DNA of 61,997 bases, filler included, from Choristocarpus tenellus KU-1152 (lineage: Eukaryota; Protista; Phaeophyceae): the NCBI GenBank assembly GCA_964200185.2. It is 12 parts of 12 records of this genome, joined end to end, with 100 filler letters (N's around TTAATTAATTAA, not from the genome) between each part and the next. Parts side by side here need not be neighbours in the genome. Positions count along the whole stretch, not along the records: positions 1 to 9,000 come from CAXNAD020004098.1; positions 9,101 to 12,979 come from CAXNAD020017409.1; positions 13,080 to 17,154 come from CAXNAD020016354.1; 9 more parts are not named here. One strand, given 5' to 3'. The notes below the pieces were generated by a model. The model was not told the origin of the DNA and did no database searches. It was given only the letters and a program-made list of their open reading frames with translations. Every line of letters begins with the position of its first letter. The stretch's first letter is position 1. The translations under genes and the position numbers were made by a program. This document shows, one piece after another, positions 1 to 13,639 of this stretch.

Positions 1-274
1 ATAAACACCATTATAGCATTGAAGTTCTAGATTTGATATATTTGTACTTCTTTATTTATTTATTATTTGATCATTATGGTCTCCGATTGTGATAAGACAT
101 CGTTGATCAGTTCCTTCCTTATACATACGATGATATTGATGATAATTCAAGTGAGAGATCCAGCATACCTGACGACTTGTGCATCAGGAGTCCTATACGT
201 ACATCAGTATCTGTAAGTCCGTAGATTGGAGCTATATATCCTGTGGAGGTAAGCTTTCGGGGGCGCCTGTAACA
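1..274 (+). mobile_element. Family A ~305-bp TGT...ACA element, truncated by the window start
   Basis: Closely similar to 51711-51981 and to the reverse complement of 52761-53065; ends GGCGCCTGTAACA. Confidence 0.9.
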
Positions 275-3200
275 CCACTACCACTTCAAGATATATATCG
301 CCATGTTGTCTGCCTAGCTCGTGTATGGGAAAATAATGCCCCTAACGTTCCTTTTTTTATTTGATCCTACGCTCAAAAGTCTTCCTGCTTGGCTTACATG
401 AGTCCTTCTTCATACTACAAATGTAAATTATCCTTATTACTACACCATACTCGAAAAAATGCTTGGTGATTATACCAATCACCTCTCTACCTGGTAATCT
501 GAGCCCAATGTGTCTATAGCGTATACAACATTTCTTCTGCTATTCCTTGTATACAACAAGGATATGAAATATTTTATAATCTGACTACGTTCTTCTTCTT
601 TCTCTACGGAGAATAATTTTCTAATCATCTGCCAAGTAACCAAGACCAGGGCGCCACAGAGTTTTATGGATCCCTCTGACTTTCTAAGGGCATATCTTTT
701 TGGAGCACACAGTCCACAGGTAGCTATGGATTGCATTTTGTCTGTTCCATGAACACATTCAGTTGACAGAAGCAAGAGGTCTTATCGACACCCTTCTTCG
801 AACAGTTTCTCTGAACGAGGTTGAAAATCCCCGTAATACTCCATATGACAAAAACACTCCCCTCTCGGTCTCTTTGACTTATCTTATCTGCAGTATATAT
901 TTTCAAAATTATATCTGAGTACTGCTGGGATGCATGGTGGATTGATTGATAACAATAGGTTGAGCTGTCAGAGAAGAACACAAGATAATTCTACTGTGTC
1001 GCCCCCATCTCTTGTGCGTGTTTGTTGATTGTTGGTCCCTCCCATTGTTCAATACATGAGTTGTCTAGATACTCCCAACTTACTGACTGACCAAGCTTTA
1101 ACTGACTATGCGTTTGTGTATGAATATTATACTCCATATAACTCCATATATGCCGGAGCAGATATGATACAAAGTAGTCTGGAGTTAGACAATCAGTATA
1201 GAGCAGCACAATGTATGAAGCTTCTTGTTTTCCACTGCAAAGTTTACATAATTCAAGTACTACTATAATAACAGCAAACATTCCTCTGGCTTTACTTAGA
1301 AGTATACGATATTCAAAAAGACATAGCACTCCGCAGTACACGAAAATATATTACATGCTCCTACTACAGAAGATTAGACTAGTCCAGGCTAATGCCACAA
1401 TAAAACCTGCCCACAGCCCAAAACCTAATGATTGTCATAGGAAGCATTCATAAGCAAAGCCACACATACGATCAGTATTTCAAAAAATTAATAGTGCATG
1501 AAGAAAAAAAAGAGGTTTCCGTGTGTTACGCCTCAGCATCGCTTAAAGTAGGTAAAGACCCGTAGGAGCTTATTCTTCTACTTAGAACAGTTCATTCAGA
1601 CAACTAGTAATCCTCTCTATGGATTTCTAGCTTTGACCCGACATATATATCCAAGAGGATACTGGACAGAGTTGGCAGAGTTGAAAATCGTGTATTTTGT
1701 TAGACACTACTACCAAGCAAAAAGAGACCCAGTCAGCCACCTTCAGAAAAGCAAAACCGTCCCACATAGCGTATAATACATCCAACCCTTGGGCAGCTCA
1801 GCTTTGGTAACATAAAAACTGTGAACACAGCTGCCTACGAAAATGGGCCAGGCGCATAGAAATGTGATGGGCCAGGCAGGCCTCCTGAACGGATGACCTC
1901 AAGCACACTATTATGGTCCAGGAATGCAATGAGTTCAGAGGTGTTATGAGGGTGAGAAACTTGCATTTATCTACGTAACTAATCCAAAACTTGTGTTGTT
2001 GTAGACATGCAACCAATCATTCAGCATATAATGCTGTGGCACACACAGGACAACAAAGAGCTCACGGGGACACAGCATCTTCAAGCATAGACATGGTGGT
2101 ACATAGAGTCGCTGACTGAATTCATACCTACAGCAAAACAAGCAATCATATATACAGAGGGACAACTACCATTAATGAACAGGAATGGGAGGATAGAGCA
2201 TCCTAAGGTTAACTCCTTCTCTTCAGCTACCCACCATGGAAACAAAAGGCCCAACTACTTAGTGTCTGTTGACCAAATTCCCACAGCACTTATCCTCCAA
2301 ATTATTGATCCCGTAAGCACCAACCATTCAAGATTCAACGAAACATTTGACTAATTGGTAGCGTAGAACAAATAACCCTCTTGATTTGGATCCAACAACC
2401 CGTATGAATACCAACAGTCAAAGCACCTTAGGCAACATTTGTGGCTCAGCACATGCCTTTTGGGAGGTGTATCTCTTGTAACTCATGTAGAAGGATGTCT
2501 TGTAGCTCCAAAAGCGTAGAAGATGCTTCTAAAAGCGTTTGCATGCACTTAGTGACCGCAAACTGGCATGATATTGGTCATTTCTAAGACAACTTAGATC
2601 TGGCCCATGGAACACAATATTCTCAACAAAATACCCTTCATATAGCAAATTATTCTGGGAGATAGGTAAATTAAATTAAAATATATCAACCAATGTTTTG
2701 CCTGAAACCTCCAACTCGACCACACACAAATGACAATATCATCTATTTTTGAAGCATGACTATAAAAATTCTTCCTTCAACGCACAGAGACAGTCATTGA
2801 GGTTTCTTAACTGGTCAAAAAATACCAGTAAAAAAACAGTTTGAACCCGGATTCAGATCGAGCCTGTCAAGCCAGAGATGCTACCTAATCTGAAGATTAA
2901 ACTTATAAAAAAATTAGTCGAGGAAAAGGAGAAAACTGTTCTCAGGTGGAGGTTGTTGAAAAGTCATTTTGTCAAAGGTTTTAACAAGTGAAACTGGCCA
3001 TTCTTTCATAAAAGCATATATTGGTCAGATGCCTTTTCCAGGCTTCTCCAAAACCCACATTCTCAATAGAAAGGAATGTCATTTTGCTCTTCATGAAACC
3101 TCTTCCTTCACTCTGAACTACTCTGTAGTAACTTGTAAAAACACCACCTGTAGCGTTGGGTGTGAGCTCCGTGTCATGTGGTATCGTCCAAGAATCTAAT

Positions 3201-3859
3201 AGGCAATGTATAATATATGCAGCACAAGATTGTCAAAAAATATCACATACCGATTCATCCCTTGAAGTAAGTTATGTTGAACACCTCAGCCACACTCAAG
3301 TCAAGGGATGAGGGACTGAAAGTGCAGCTGAGATGGGGCAGATATGCATCCCATCAAGAGGGATAGTCACCAATTTATCCCTTCAGCCTGTTGATCACTT
3401 AATAGATCACCTTGGTTTTCGAGCAGATCCTGATCTGAGGAGAACATCAGAGGATACACTTGTGGAAAAACATACTACTAAATACTTGTTAGTGTCCAGG
3501 TGCAAACAGGATTTTTTTTTCAATGTAAACAAAATTGTGGACTTTATCGACTTCTTTCCACTTGATTTTTACTACATCTTTGCCCGATGGATGGCAAGGG
3601 ACACAAAGGTGTGCCAATTCAACGATCCATTTGTTAGCGCACACAAGACAAAAAACTGCACCTCAATGTCCGTCATAGTCACAGAGCAGTGCAACTTCAA
3701 AAAAGGGCAACAAGAGTAAGTCCCACTCAACACTTGGTGGGTTGAAACAGTCATAGAACCTCCAATCAAAATGAGCAGCCAAAACTTTGGTATCAGGAAA
3801 CCATAGGATAGGATGACCTCATCCCAAGTGGGTGCGGCTAGTTGGCATGCTCCGGCAGT

Positions 3860-4170
3860 GTAAAGACTCAGCACAACTGGTCAAAGAGTTAGAGGACTTC
3901 ATATTGATCCTAAAAGGTCATCCGTTCTCGTTACAGCTGATATCAGAAGTCTTTACCCTTCACTCAATAACCAACAAGTGAGTTATAGGGCAATGAAAAC
4001 CATCTCCAGACACTATGCCTTGGAATGGTCCCCTCAGATGCTTTTCCTTGTACATCGCATCTTACATTTTGTTCTTCAAAACAGCTATGTAGAGTTTGAT
4101 GGAGACAAGCACAAATAAAATCAAAGGATTAGCTATGGGCAGCCCTCCTACTCCTGACCTAGCAAATATT
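3860..4170 (+). pseudogene. Penelope-like element reverse transcriptase fragment, degraded
   Basis: Translated pieces KDSAQLVKELE, VLVTADIRSLYPSL (motif A), FVLQNSYVEFDG and KGLAMGSPPTPDLANI (motif B) occur in order with stops/frameshifts; these are PLE/TERT-like RT signatures. Confidence 0.8.
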
Positions 4171-4509
4171 GCCTAAGCGGTGCCCATGCTTTGAGACTTC
4201 AAGATGTGGTCAATGTAACTCAGTACCCATTGCAGTTCTTCCAGTTGAATTTGTGCTTTAGGGTGTCTCAATCTAGGAATAAAGTTCGGGTCTCTGACAA
4301 TCCCTCAGGGTCCTAGATTATTAGGTATAGCCTGTCTCTGTGTAATCTGCATACCCTGATTACCCTGTCCCTGTGCCTGGAACGTAGACCTTTTCCCTGG
4401 ATGCCTTACACCTACACCCTGTCCTGAATTAGGATTAGGGTTAGGGTTGTTGATAGCATATTTTATTTTCCCTAGAGTTTGGTGCAAAATAAGATCATGG
4501 TTTGGTTTT

Positions 4510-4637
4510 TGCACTTGACATCTTCATTGACCTCATCCTTATCTTCAATGCGAGTATAAGATGTGGAGTCAGAAAGTTGATGGAAACATTCATTGACATA
4601 ACATGGTTTATCGATAACTGCAACTGCAAGGTTTTAC
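4510..4637 (-). pseudogene. Second Penelope-like RT N-terminal fragment, opposite orientation
   Basis: Reverse strand reads NLAVAVIDKPCYVNECFHQLSDSTSYTRIED, matching the PLE motif KPADKNxGxVVxDKxxYxxExxxQLSDxxTY. Confidence 0.65.
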
Positions 4638-7020
4638 AGTTAGGGTTAGGGTTATAGTTGTCTTACCTCCCTGGCATAACAACTCATCATTAGACTATTC
4701 TACCTATGCTTTGCACTCAGGGTAGACTCTGAAAGGGAATATTTAATTCCTCCAGCAGAGCGAAGTTAGAGCTTAAAGCAGTCCTCAAATAGACAAAAAA
4801 GGTGAAGGCGAAAAAGTTGATAGTTAATCAGACTCTTAATGAGGTGTATAGCTAGTTGGGTTTATACAATCACTGAGGCGCACAAAAAGGCAACTTCAGT
4901 GAATCGCTAGCGATAGAGTAGTGGTGCCTCATCAGTGGCTATCTTGCTTGTCATTTCTGCCTTCAAGATGTGCAATGTGTGCACCAAGCCCTTGTGACTC
5001 ACAAGCTTTGATGAGAGCTTTACATGATTCTCATATAGAATCCATGCATGCTTCATAGTGCGCTCCCATCCACATCTATTTTTTCTATTCTCCCTTTGCT
5101 GGGTGCACTCTCCACCCTTCACCACCCTCCACAGCCCGACCTTCAAAGGTTTTTGTGGTATGCATTTATTACCCCTCACCAGTAACACCTGGTCTGTAAC
5201 CCACAAAATCGACCTGACTGAAGCTATTTAACAATTAGATCTTTTGCTCTAAGGCTTCTAAAGCTGTGATTTGGGTGCTTAAGGCTTGTCTCAGTGCCTC
5301 CAGTCCAAAAATCTGGGTTACCCCCCTTCAAGTATTTGCTTAAGGTATTTTCGTGACAATTTCCATTAGATTATATAGTGAATTCCATGCAAAATCCATA
5401 CGCAAATTTTAGTTCGGATCTATTCCATCTCCAACATATATGATTTCCAATACATAACCAGCGACATGTAGATAGTGAGATTTGATCGGATGAATATGTA
5501 ATCTACAATAGTTTCATGTTTCCTCTCACGAAAGACAGAACATCCAAACGTTAAATAGTTTGCTTCAACTTAAGGCACCTAGGGCACTCTTATCTCTTCA
5601 ACAGACTGACCAGGCCAAATAAAAGCATGAGAGAGTTAGACATGGGAGGAATCGTGGCACCCCACATTGTCACTCATTTGTGCACAGCATTCAACCATGA
5701 GACATGACTTGACCAAACGAACAAACGGTTGTTACAAAGATTTCTCCCTTTCAACGAAGTCTGTCTCCGCACGGAGACTGCCAAAGGTCTAATCAATTAC
5801 AATGGCATTATGTGAGAGGGTGACTAGTAGGGCCCTTATCAAGGGACCAGTGATTCATGGGATCACAAGTTCCAACGCACAGGGAGTGGGATATCTGATA
5901 GAGAGAAGAGATCAAGAAGAAACGGAAATGGATAGAGGGAGGGTTGGTATAACCTCCAGGGATTTCAACGAGTACTTTAGGCAAAGAAGCAAATGAGTGG
6001 GGACATGAAGTTGAAAAAGGCTCACCTTTCATTCCTACTCCTCTCCATGCTCAAACTAGACCTCCCCACCACCAAATCTTCTTTCCCCCCAAGCGTATTC
6101 CTCGACCAGTAGCTTCCTGGTACATGTCCTCACTGCATACATGCTTGGAAAGAAACAATATCGTAATCAAGTGGAGGGTCGCTACAACAAAGACCGAAGA
6201 TAACGATGTCCCACCCCCCCCAAAGGTCCACAAATTGTCCAAAAGCGAAAAGCACTTCGACCACTTGATGCCGCATGCTCCACACCCATTACAGGATAAT
6301 ATTATGCACCGCCAGCACCATGGATTTCCGTTCCATTGTGCTTATCACACGCCTCAATTGCGTAGGATTCTTGGGGTTCCTACTGAAAATGGTTGTTATT
6401 GCTGTGCCTGATGATCTACCCCAAACGTGGTCCTTACGAATCACAAGGTCCAATTTTCCCAAGCTACACCCATACAAATGGTACTCCTCCAAAGTCTGAA
6501 CATTTTGATCAGATATAATGCATGGTGGTGAATGCATGGTGGTGAATGTTTCTTAGCCGCCAGAACATACTTCTACTTTTACGTCTTCAGTGTCGTTGAT
6601 CAACATCAATTCCAATCAAATGTGTATTCTATCTTCTGACTTGTAAAGACGTCGGAGGCGTTCATGCCTTTTCATTTCTATTTCTGTCCAACAGGGATAC
6701 CTGTTTAACAGGGATACCTGTCAATACGCTCGGTCGCTCAGGGTAGTAAGACAAGGGGGGCTAGAGAGAAAGAGTTGCGGGGGGCGCCCTGTGGGATTGC
6801 CTTCAGGGTCCCCCTGGTCTCGATTGCGCAGCAATTTCGTCGACTGAATCAGGAATACAATACTCTAACCCTACAACAATATTCGGACTTTGGACCGTCG
6901 TGGGTACACTGCAACGACCGGGGAGAATTTCGGCATTTTCTGCTGATTGAAAAGGATTGAAGAGGATCTCTCCTCCGCTTTGGAGTTTCTAGGAGGTAGA
7001 ACTAATCTTTTCCTTCTTCT

Positions 7021-8373
7021 ATGGCAGGCATACCACCATTTGGTCGTGGCCCACCCCGTGCCTCTCCGATGGCGGCGGTGCCTGCACCAGCCGCTCAGCC
7101 CCTCGTTTTTCCCAGTCCCGTCTTTGCTGAGGCTCGATGCGAGCCCACCCCCTTCTACTCTGACCTTGGGGGCACTCGGTCTGGGTTTGTGCTAGTGTCG
7201 CAGGAGAGCGGAAGGCGATGGCACGCGATCAGCTCGATCAGGAGGTGCATTTTCGGGGAAGTGATCCGGGCGATAGAGCTAGTGATGATGCCTGGGGGTG
7301 AATGGGGATTCAAGGGGCAAAGCTACTTCGCCATAAAGGTGATTTTTTCTTGCTGGTTCTTGGATGCTATATTGCAGTAGGGATATGATGGGGTTTCACC
7401 ATTGTCCGTGTTTGTGCTCGGAAATCTGTCGAGCCTATGTTCCCCACTTTGTTCCACAATGCCGTGACAAGCATAATGATGCCTTGAACACCATTGATAT
7501 GTGTGTGTGTGTGTGTGTGTGTGCAACTTGTACGAGGGTTAAGTTATCCGTATTCTGTGTAAAGACAAGCTTTTCACAACACTGACTTCTTGATATTGCT
7601 ACTTCCGCCTTCAGAGATCAATCACACGTCCTGTATAAGAAATTCGTCTTGGTTTTTGTTCAGGTTGAATCCCTCCATAGCTATCACCTGAACGTTTTCG
7701 TACATCTTCACCAAGCAAGATGCTAACTTACATAAAAACCTTGGTAGTCAATTTGCCACGCTTCCTCTCCATGTACGCAGTTCACTCATCATCATAAGAC
7801 TATTTTCAAGTTAAATCAGAATAGTGATGAGCATACTCAATCTAACTCCATTGCTATTGAGGTCAAGCTAGGACCTAAGGAGGGAGCTTAGGGGGGCTCA
7901 ATTGAAACCTTCCTGCCCATGACCCACAGATATGCTTCAATTCTCAATTGTTGTAGGGGTGAAGCAATTCCCATGTAAAAAATTACTCTAGTTTAACCCT
8001 AATCTCTGTTCAATTTCTAGGTGTCTCATATTTCATTGTCCAATGCCATGAGAGCATTTCATAGGAATGACCAAGCATTTTTTTGGTCTCTCATTCCCCT
8101 ATGAAGCTGACCCTCCCTCCCCTCATCCTTCTTGCTTCCCATGAGAGTAATTTCACAGATCTTGACGAATTTTTCACATGCAGTGCCTATTTCAACATAC
8201 ACTCCGATTCTCTGTTGTGATGTGTGTTCCAACAATGCTATCTGCAGGAGATGAAGCTGGAGAACATCCTTCGTATGCGTGGGCGGAGTAATGAGGATCC
8301 ACTTAAGGAAGTGGCCGTACTGCAATACCTAACAGACCGTGGGCCTCATCCAAACGTCCTAAGCTGTACAGAG
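7021..8373 (+). CDS. Ser/Thr protein kinase, 5' part (exons 7021-7338 and 8248-8373; rest beyond contig end)
   Basis: Exon 1 ends IFGEVIRAIEL...YFAIK|GT (subdomains I-II). Exon 2 is CAG|EMKLENILRMRGRSNEDPLKEVAVLQYLTDRGPHPNVLSCTE|GTGAG (alphaC Glu, HPN). Both are phase 0. Confidence 0.85.
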
Positions 8374-9000
8374 GTGAGCCGAGCTGAGATGTTGAGATAA
8401 AATTTACAAGTACCTAGAAGATCAGAGTATTTCATTTGTAAATTACACTCAGAAGTAGATCTAACGTTCCTGTATGTTGCACACCACCAGAGCCTGCTGG
8501 AGTCCTCCCTGTTTTAACTACCGACCTTCGCTTCACCTGGGTGCCAAGAGATGCATTAATTTGTTGCTATAGGCTGGCCCCACGTTTGCACTGCTCATGG
8601 TGTCACTTTCCAACTGGAGAGAACTCACTGACTTCCCAAGTTGATCCTTATTTTCCATTTCAATGTTTGCTATTTGATAGATGTTGACCTTGTGTGTGTG
8701 GAGCCGGTGCGCTTCGGTCTTTTCATCCCCTGTTGCGGTTGAAAAAGGAACTTTAGAAACCACAAATATAGTGGAGCAACATTCTAACATCCACACACCA
8801 TCACGGAACTAATTTTGTGGCTATGTCGTCACTTTGTAGTATTAGTAGTACGGTGTGATAATACAAAGGTCTGCCCGAGTGCTGTCATGTTGAGCGTTGT
8901 GGCAGGGTAGTTGAAGAGAGGTGACTACCTTCTGCGTGTTGGAATATATGCTGTGATCTGGGGTGCCCTCTGCGATAGCGGGCATCAGGGAGGGGGGGGG

Positions 9001-9100
9001 NNNNNNNNNNNNNNNNNNNNNNNNNNNNNNNNNNNNNNNNNNNNTTAATTAATTAANNNNNNNNNNNNNNNNNNNNNNNNNNNNNNNNNNNNNNNNNNNN
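9001..9100. other. Artificial contig linker (44 N + TTAATTAATTAA + 44 N)
   Basis: Identical 100-bp spacers also at 12980-13079, 17155-17254, 21779-21878, 30000-30099, 33302-33401, 43553-43652, 46711-46810, 49625-49724, 55251-55350 and 59304-59403. The core gives stops in all six frames. Confidence 0.98.
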
Positions 9101-9162
9101 GGAAGCCAAGTCCCAAATGGACAAACAGGGCAAATCTCCTACCCTCTAACACACTTTCACTC
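9101..9162. mobile_element. Family D MITE end, cut by contig start
   Basis: CCCAAATGGACAAAC...CCCTCTAACACACTTTCACTC matches the family D terminus. Confidence 0.8.
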
Positions 9163-10333
9163 ATGTGCCAGTTGAAAGTACTTGAGAGAAACACAGAAGC
9201 ACAGAGAGCCTGCCTTCTGATAGAGTGCCAAAAAACACTGTGAGGCATGTGAAGGAAGGGTGGGGAACATGAACTTGAACAACAAGAAAATGGAAACATC
9301 TGTGCTGAGCCAAGTGTTTGGTTTACTCCAGAGCAAAGGGAAGGGTTGAGGGTGAAAGGATTGTAGTGAGCGTGAGGTGTAGCTGACAGATTGTCCAGAA
9401 GTCATAAGAACTACTGTGTGATGAACCGGATGTGGATAAAACACCATTCACCTCAAATTCACACTTTGGCTCTAACTACAGAATTATATCGTATGACATT
9501 AAGGGCAAGTTCCCCAGGTTGGACATACGTATTGCTTATGATGTTGTAGACAATAGATGAAAGTGTTATCCCTTGCCTCTCTCTCTCTCTCTCTCTCTCT
9601 GCGTGACAAAACTTGCCGTCAATATAGTTAATTGTAATTGATATGGCAACAGACTCTTCATGAGAATATAAGAGATACAGCATCCTTAGCATGATGAGTT
9701 GACATAGGTCCAGCACTAGAAAGTCGTGTGTGGGGGAGGCAGTCAAGGCAGGAGAGAAACAACCCGGAGGAATCAGGGTGTGGGTGGGTTGAGGCTGCAC
9801 GTGCTGCTTGGACATTGCACGATAGCTGATACCATTGGATTGTCCATATATTTTTTGTTTGTCGTGGATAGGGCCCTGCCTGATCCCAAAGCATATAAGG
9901 TGTCACATATTACCTTGATATGTATGTCGAGGAAGACATATGCTACAATTATTTGTTGAGAGGTTGCAGTAGGACACTGCCAAGGGAAAGATGAAAACTC
10001 GTTGTATATGTGACATGCGCTCATTTCTGTTGTCATAGCTCCTCATATGTTAGCTAAATTATTGACAGATACCATTGGATTTCACCTTCAGGCGTCAGCC
10101 TCTAACCTTGCGTTGAGCTCTTAGTCATGATTTTGGACGAACCAGCAATTCCTCATCTATGATTTTCATATCATCTCCAGACCAAAGGGATATTCTTCTT
10201 CTTTGGCTTCATCCATCTTATGGGTTGTTCTTGCTGAAGCTATTCAGAATTATGACTTTCTTGAGGAGAATTTTTTCCTAGAACGATATTGATCTGCCTA
10301 CCCCCCTGCTCATATTCGCTTCCCTTTTCCTAG

Positions 10334-12084
10334 GAGACATACTGCATCTCATCACATTCTCCTCCGATCCCTAGCTCGGTGGGATGGACTGACCAGGTTC
10401 CAACTGCATGACTTCCACCTGGCCTTGTTGCTTGCAAAGGAAACTACTGGGTTCCTCTTCAAGCTCAAGCAGGCGAATGGACTCTGGACCCGCCGATGGT
10501 TTGAACTCCGCAACAACCAGCTCCTTGTCTTCTCCGACTTGGGAACTGGGAAGCATCGACGTGGGGTCATGCCTTTGGTTGGATGCATCGTGGAGGACAT
10601 CCCCAAGTTCACCAGCTCATGGGTGCCGTTTGGCTTCAGGGTTCGAGCGAGGTGAGGTAGATGCTATGGTGCCTTGCAAATGTCTTGGAGAATTCTGCTC
10701 TGTTGCAGGGTGACTGAATGAGCCAAAGTATCTTAGAGGGTAGAGCCGCGTCCATTTGGGGGCCAAGATCCAATGTTCCGATTTGAATGTAATTTTGGCT
10801 ATTGAGTTTTGTTAGGAAGTGTATATCCTTGTTCCAGACACACCTTTCCATAACATGTACATTTTATGTACTCCGAAATATTTCAGATTAGGAAAATGTA
10901 ATAAAAAACCATGGGAGGCCAAGCCCCAAATGGACAAACAAGGTAAACTTCGTACCCTCTAAGATACTTTCACTCAATATTTTGTAGATATAGAGTACAA
11001 CAAAGTGTCCACAAAGGACTGCAGAGTTTAGATAAGGGAGTGGCGCCCGTATAGGCCTACTTCAGAATATCAAGCACGTCTTTGAGAAAAGGAATCATGC
11101 GCTTGTTTGCCATTCAATGATCAGGCCAATTATTTACGTAGCATGAACAATTACGGAGTCAGTGTTACAATCGATTCTTAAGAGATAAGAAACGCCATTA
11201 ATACCTGTGCGTTCATGACCCTTCTGCTCTATGCTTTTTCTTACTCTCAGGTTGGAGGGAGAAGTAAATGAAAGAGTTTGGGGGCTACAGACCAGCACCA
11301 CAGCGGATAAGGAAAGGTATGCCACGGACAGAAACATATTCCAGACCAGCAGAACTCTTTTCTCGAAGTATACGAAAGTGATCCCCGTTTCCTAGAAGGA
11401 TTTTTGCAAATCGAGAGTAGATTGTTCCGTAGCAGGGCACCATCTGAATACCCAGCACCTGAGAGTGTGTCGCATCTACTTCTGGGCAGTACACAGTGTC
11501 GATAAAGGAACAAATTACCCGAACCAATAATTGTAGTTTTCTGTTTTGTGAATGTTAGTTTTTGGGTGCCCTCGGAAAAACTTCAAAATTCTTCCTTTCG
11601 TAGGGTTGATGAGTTTATTTGTGAGGGGAAAGTTTTCTCTTTCCTTCCAGGAACAATTTTACTTTCTTTAGCATATTTTTGGTAATCTTCCCAGTGATAC
11701 ATGGTGAGAAAAACCTTTATCATCCTGACGAAAAGTATGTTGACAAGCAAATCCTACTACTCCTTCAGGTGGGTGGCTGCCATTCAAACGGCTGCAATGT
11801 CAGCAAGATCACAAAGGATTCAATCACCACTAAATGAGACCAGAAACGAGACTGAGGGGGCATCACTGGGTCGTAGTTTTCGAATGGGCCCATCTTCTAT
11901 AAAGTATGGGGATACCAGAGGTCGAGGGGTAACGTTTCTCACAGCAAGCAAATCTCTGATTGGAAGCCGCCTTTCAACTGTCTTGAAAAGAGGCCCTGCC
12001 CAGGATGTACCAGGAGAAAAATCAATGGTGGTGTACCAAGACGACGATGAAGAGGAAGAGCAACGATTATGTGGTATTCAGTGA
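10334..12084 (+). CDS. PH-domain protein, 3' part (exons 10334-10651, 11251-11316, 11769-12084)
   Basis: Spliced frame gives TGFLFKLKQANGLWTRRWFELRNNQLLVF...GVMPLVGCIVE...FGFRV / RVWGLQTSTTADKER / WVAAIQTA, a complete PH fold. GT-AG sites with consistent phase 2; stop at 12082-12084. Confidence 0.88.
10720..10975. mobile_element. Family D MITE (Sola2-like ends), intronic
   Basis: TIR GAGCCAAAGTATCTTAGAGGGTA / TACCCTCTAAGATACTTTCACTC; only AAT matches on the two flanks. Confidence 0.9.
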
Positions 12085-12947
12085 GGCACAGGCCATTGAT
12101 ATTAGTAGTCGAGAATGCTTCATTGGACGGAGTACTCCTGACTACCTGGAAGAGGGTAACCCTTTGACTGCACTTCCATGATACACATCATAGAGCTACT
12201 CTGTCATTATGCTACAGGCAACGATTTTTCCAATTCCCCTTGTCCTTGGTTTGTGTTCCTGTTACGTTCTGTAGGATAGAGATGGCAACCGTGAACCATA
12301 ATTCTGTGTTAGTCTGATAACTTTGTGGGCTGACTCACCATTCAAGTTCTTACGGAGTTGTGGTATTGAGGTGTCTTAACGGGCGATCAGAAGGATGGAT
12401 GTAATCCGGAAAATATTTTCATACGCCGAATATAGAGAATGTTTTATGCTACTTCATATATAACACGTTGAGAGTGAGTATGTATTGATATGCCATCCAC
12501 ACTGATACTATCTGAATAGTCTGCTTCGTGCGTATTCTATCATGTTACATGAACAAATTGTGTGCATCCTTCTGTAGCTCAATGCGCAATGGCAAGTTCG
12601 TCCTTCCTGAGAAATGCAAAATACAAAGGTTACGGGATACCACGTAAGTCTGCACCACATACTGAATTATCCTCAACTCATATACCACCTGGTACAATTT
12701 CGATTAGTGCCTTTCAAAAGAGAGTGTGTATTTTCGGATCAGACGGGCACTTCAAGCACATCCAGGTTGATGAATGGGTAGAGAGAGCCTGAAACAGGTT
12801 ATTTCTAGTGCTGTTGTGCGTCACATTCAGCTGAAACAAGTTTTTTAGTAGTAATTTGAAGAGTTTGCAAGAAGAACAGCAAAAGAGCAAGTCTAGGCAG
12901 AGAAGTTCAAGAACTGTGAAAAAACATCTGTACTGGAAGATGCCTGT

Positions 12948-12979
12948 CGCTCAAAGTATCTGGGGGGGGGGTGGGCGGC
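12948..12979. mobile_element. Family C MITE end at contig break
   Basis: CGCTCAAAGTATCTGGGGGGG matches the family C terminus. Confidence 0.75.
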
Positions 12980-13601
12980 NNNNNNNNNNNNNNNNNNNNN
13001 NNNNNNNNNNNNNNNNNNNNNNNTTAATTAATTAANNNNNNNNNNNNNNNNNNNNNNNNNNNNNNNNNNNNNNNNNNNNTACCCCCAAAGGTACACAAAA
13101 AGAAAGTTCTTCAACCCCTCCCGAGAATCAACAACTGTTCGCAGCATTCCAGACACCGCTGCTACGAAAACGTCCCGTTGTTGATATTCTAAGAAGTAAA
13201 AAAAAATGAATATAAGGTAGGTTAGCAAAAAAAATGTGATATTTTTTGTGCCGGCAGCAAAAGGAGGGGGGGAGAAGCAGAACCTGCTCCTGAGCAGCGG
13301 CCTGATGGTGTGCTCGCGAGTGCAGTCAGGTGGGAATATTCCCTCCGAGATCCGCCGAAAACGGAACTCCTCTGCTCCATTGGGCTGACACAATGGTATA
13401 CAACAGCATGAGAAGGGTTGGCAAGGGGGATAGGTTGGTGGGGGTGTCTCGCCGCATATGAACTTTCTTATCTCTTGTTCCACCGCTTGTGACAGGGTCA
13501 AGTCCATGTAACACTTTGTGGAAGGTGTGACTTCACCACTGTTTGTAGTAGTTAGTAGTAGTAGGTGTGCTAGCACACTGGAGTACTGACTCTATTATTA
13601 C

Positions 13602-13639
13602 GCAATGCAATGCAATGCAATGCAATGCAATGCAATGCA
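13602..13639. repeat. (GCAAT)n pentanucleotide microsatellite
   Basis: About 7 tandem copies. Confidence 0.9.

Noticed and set aside
179-364. Recurrent short ORF MHQESYTYIS (also 51883-52098)
   Set aside because: Incidental frame within family A; no ATG start and not conserved in length between copies.
350-3700. Possible decayed coding or viral sequence in contig 1
   Set aside because: No motif recognised and frames heavily broken; cannot be supported without a search.
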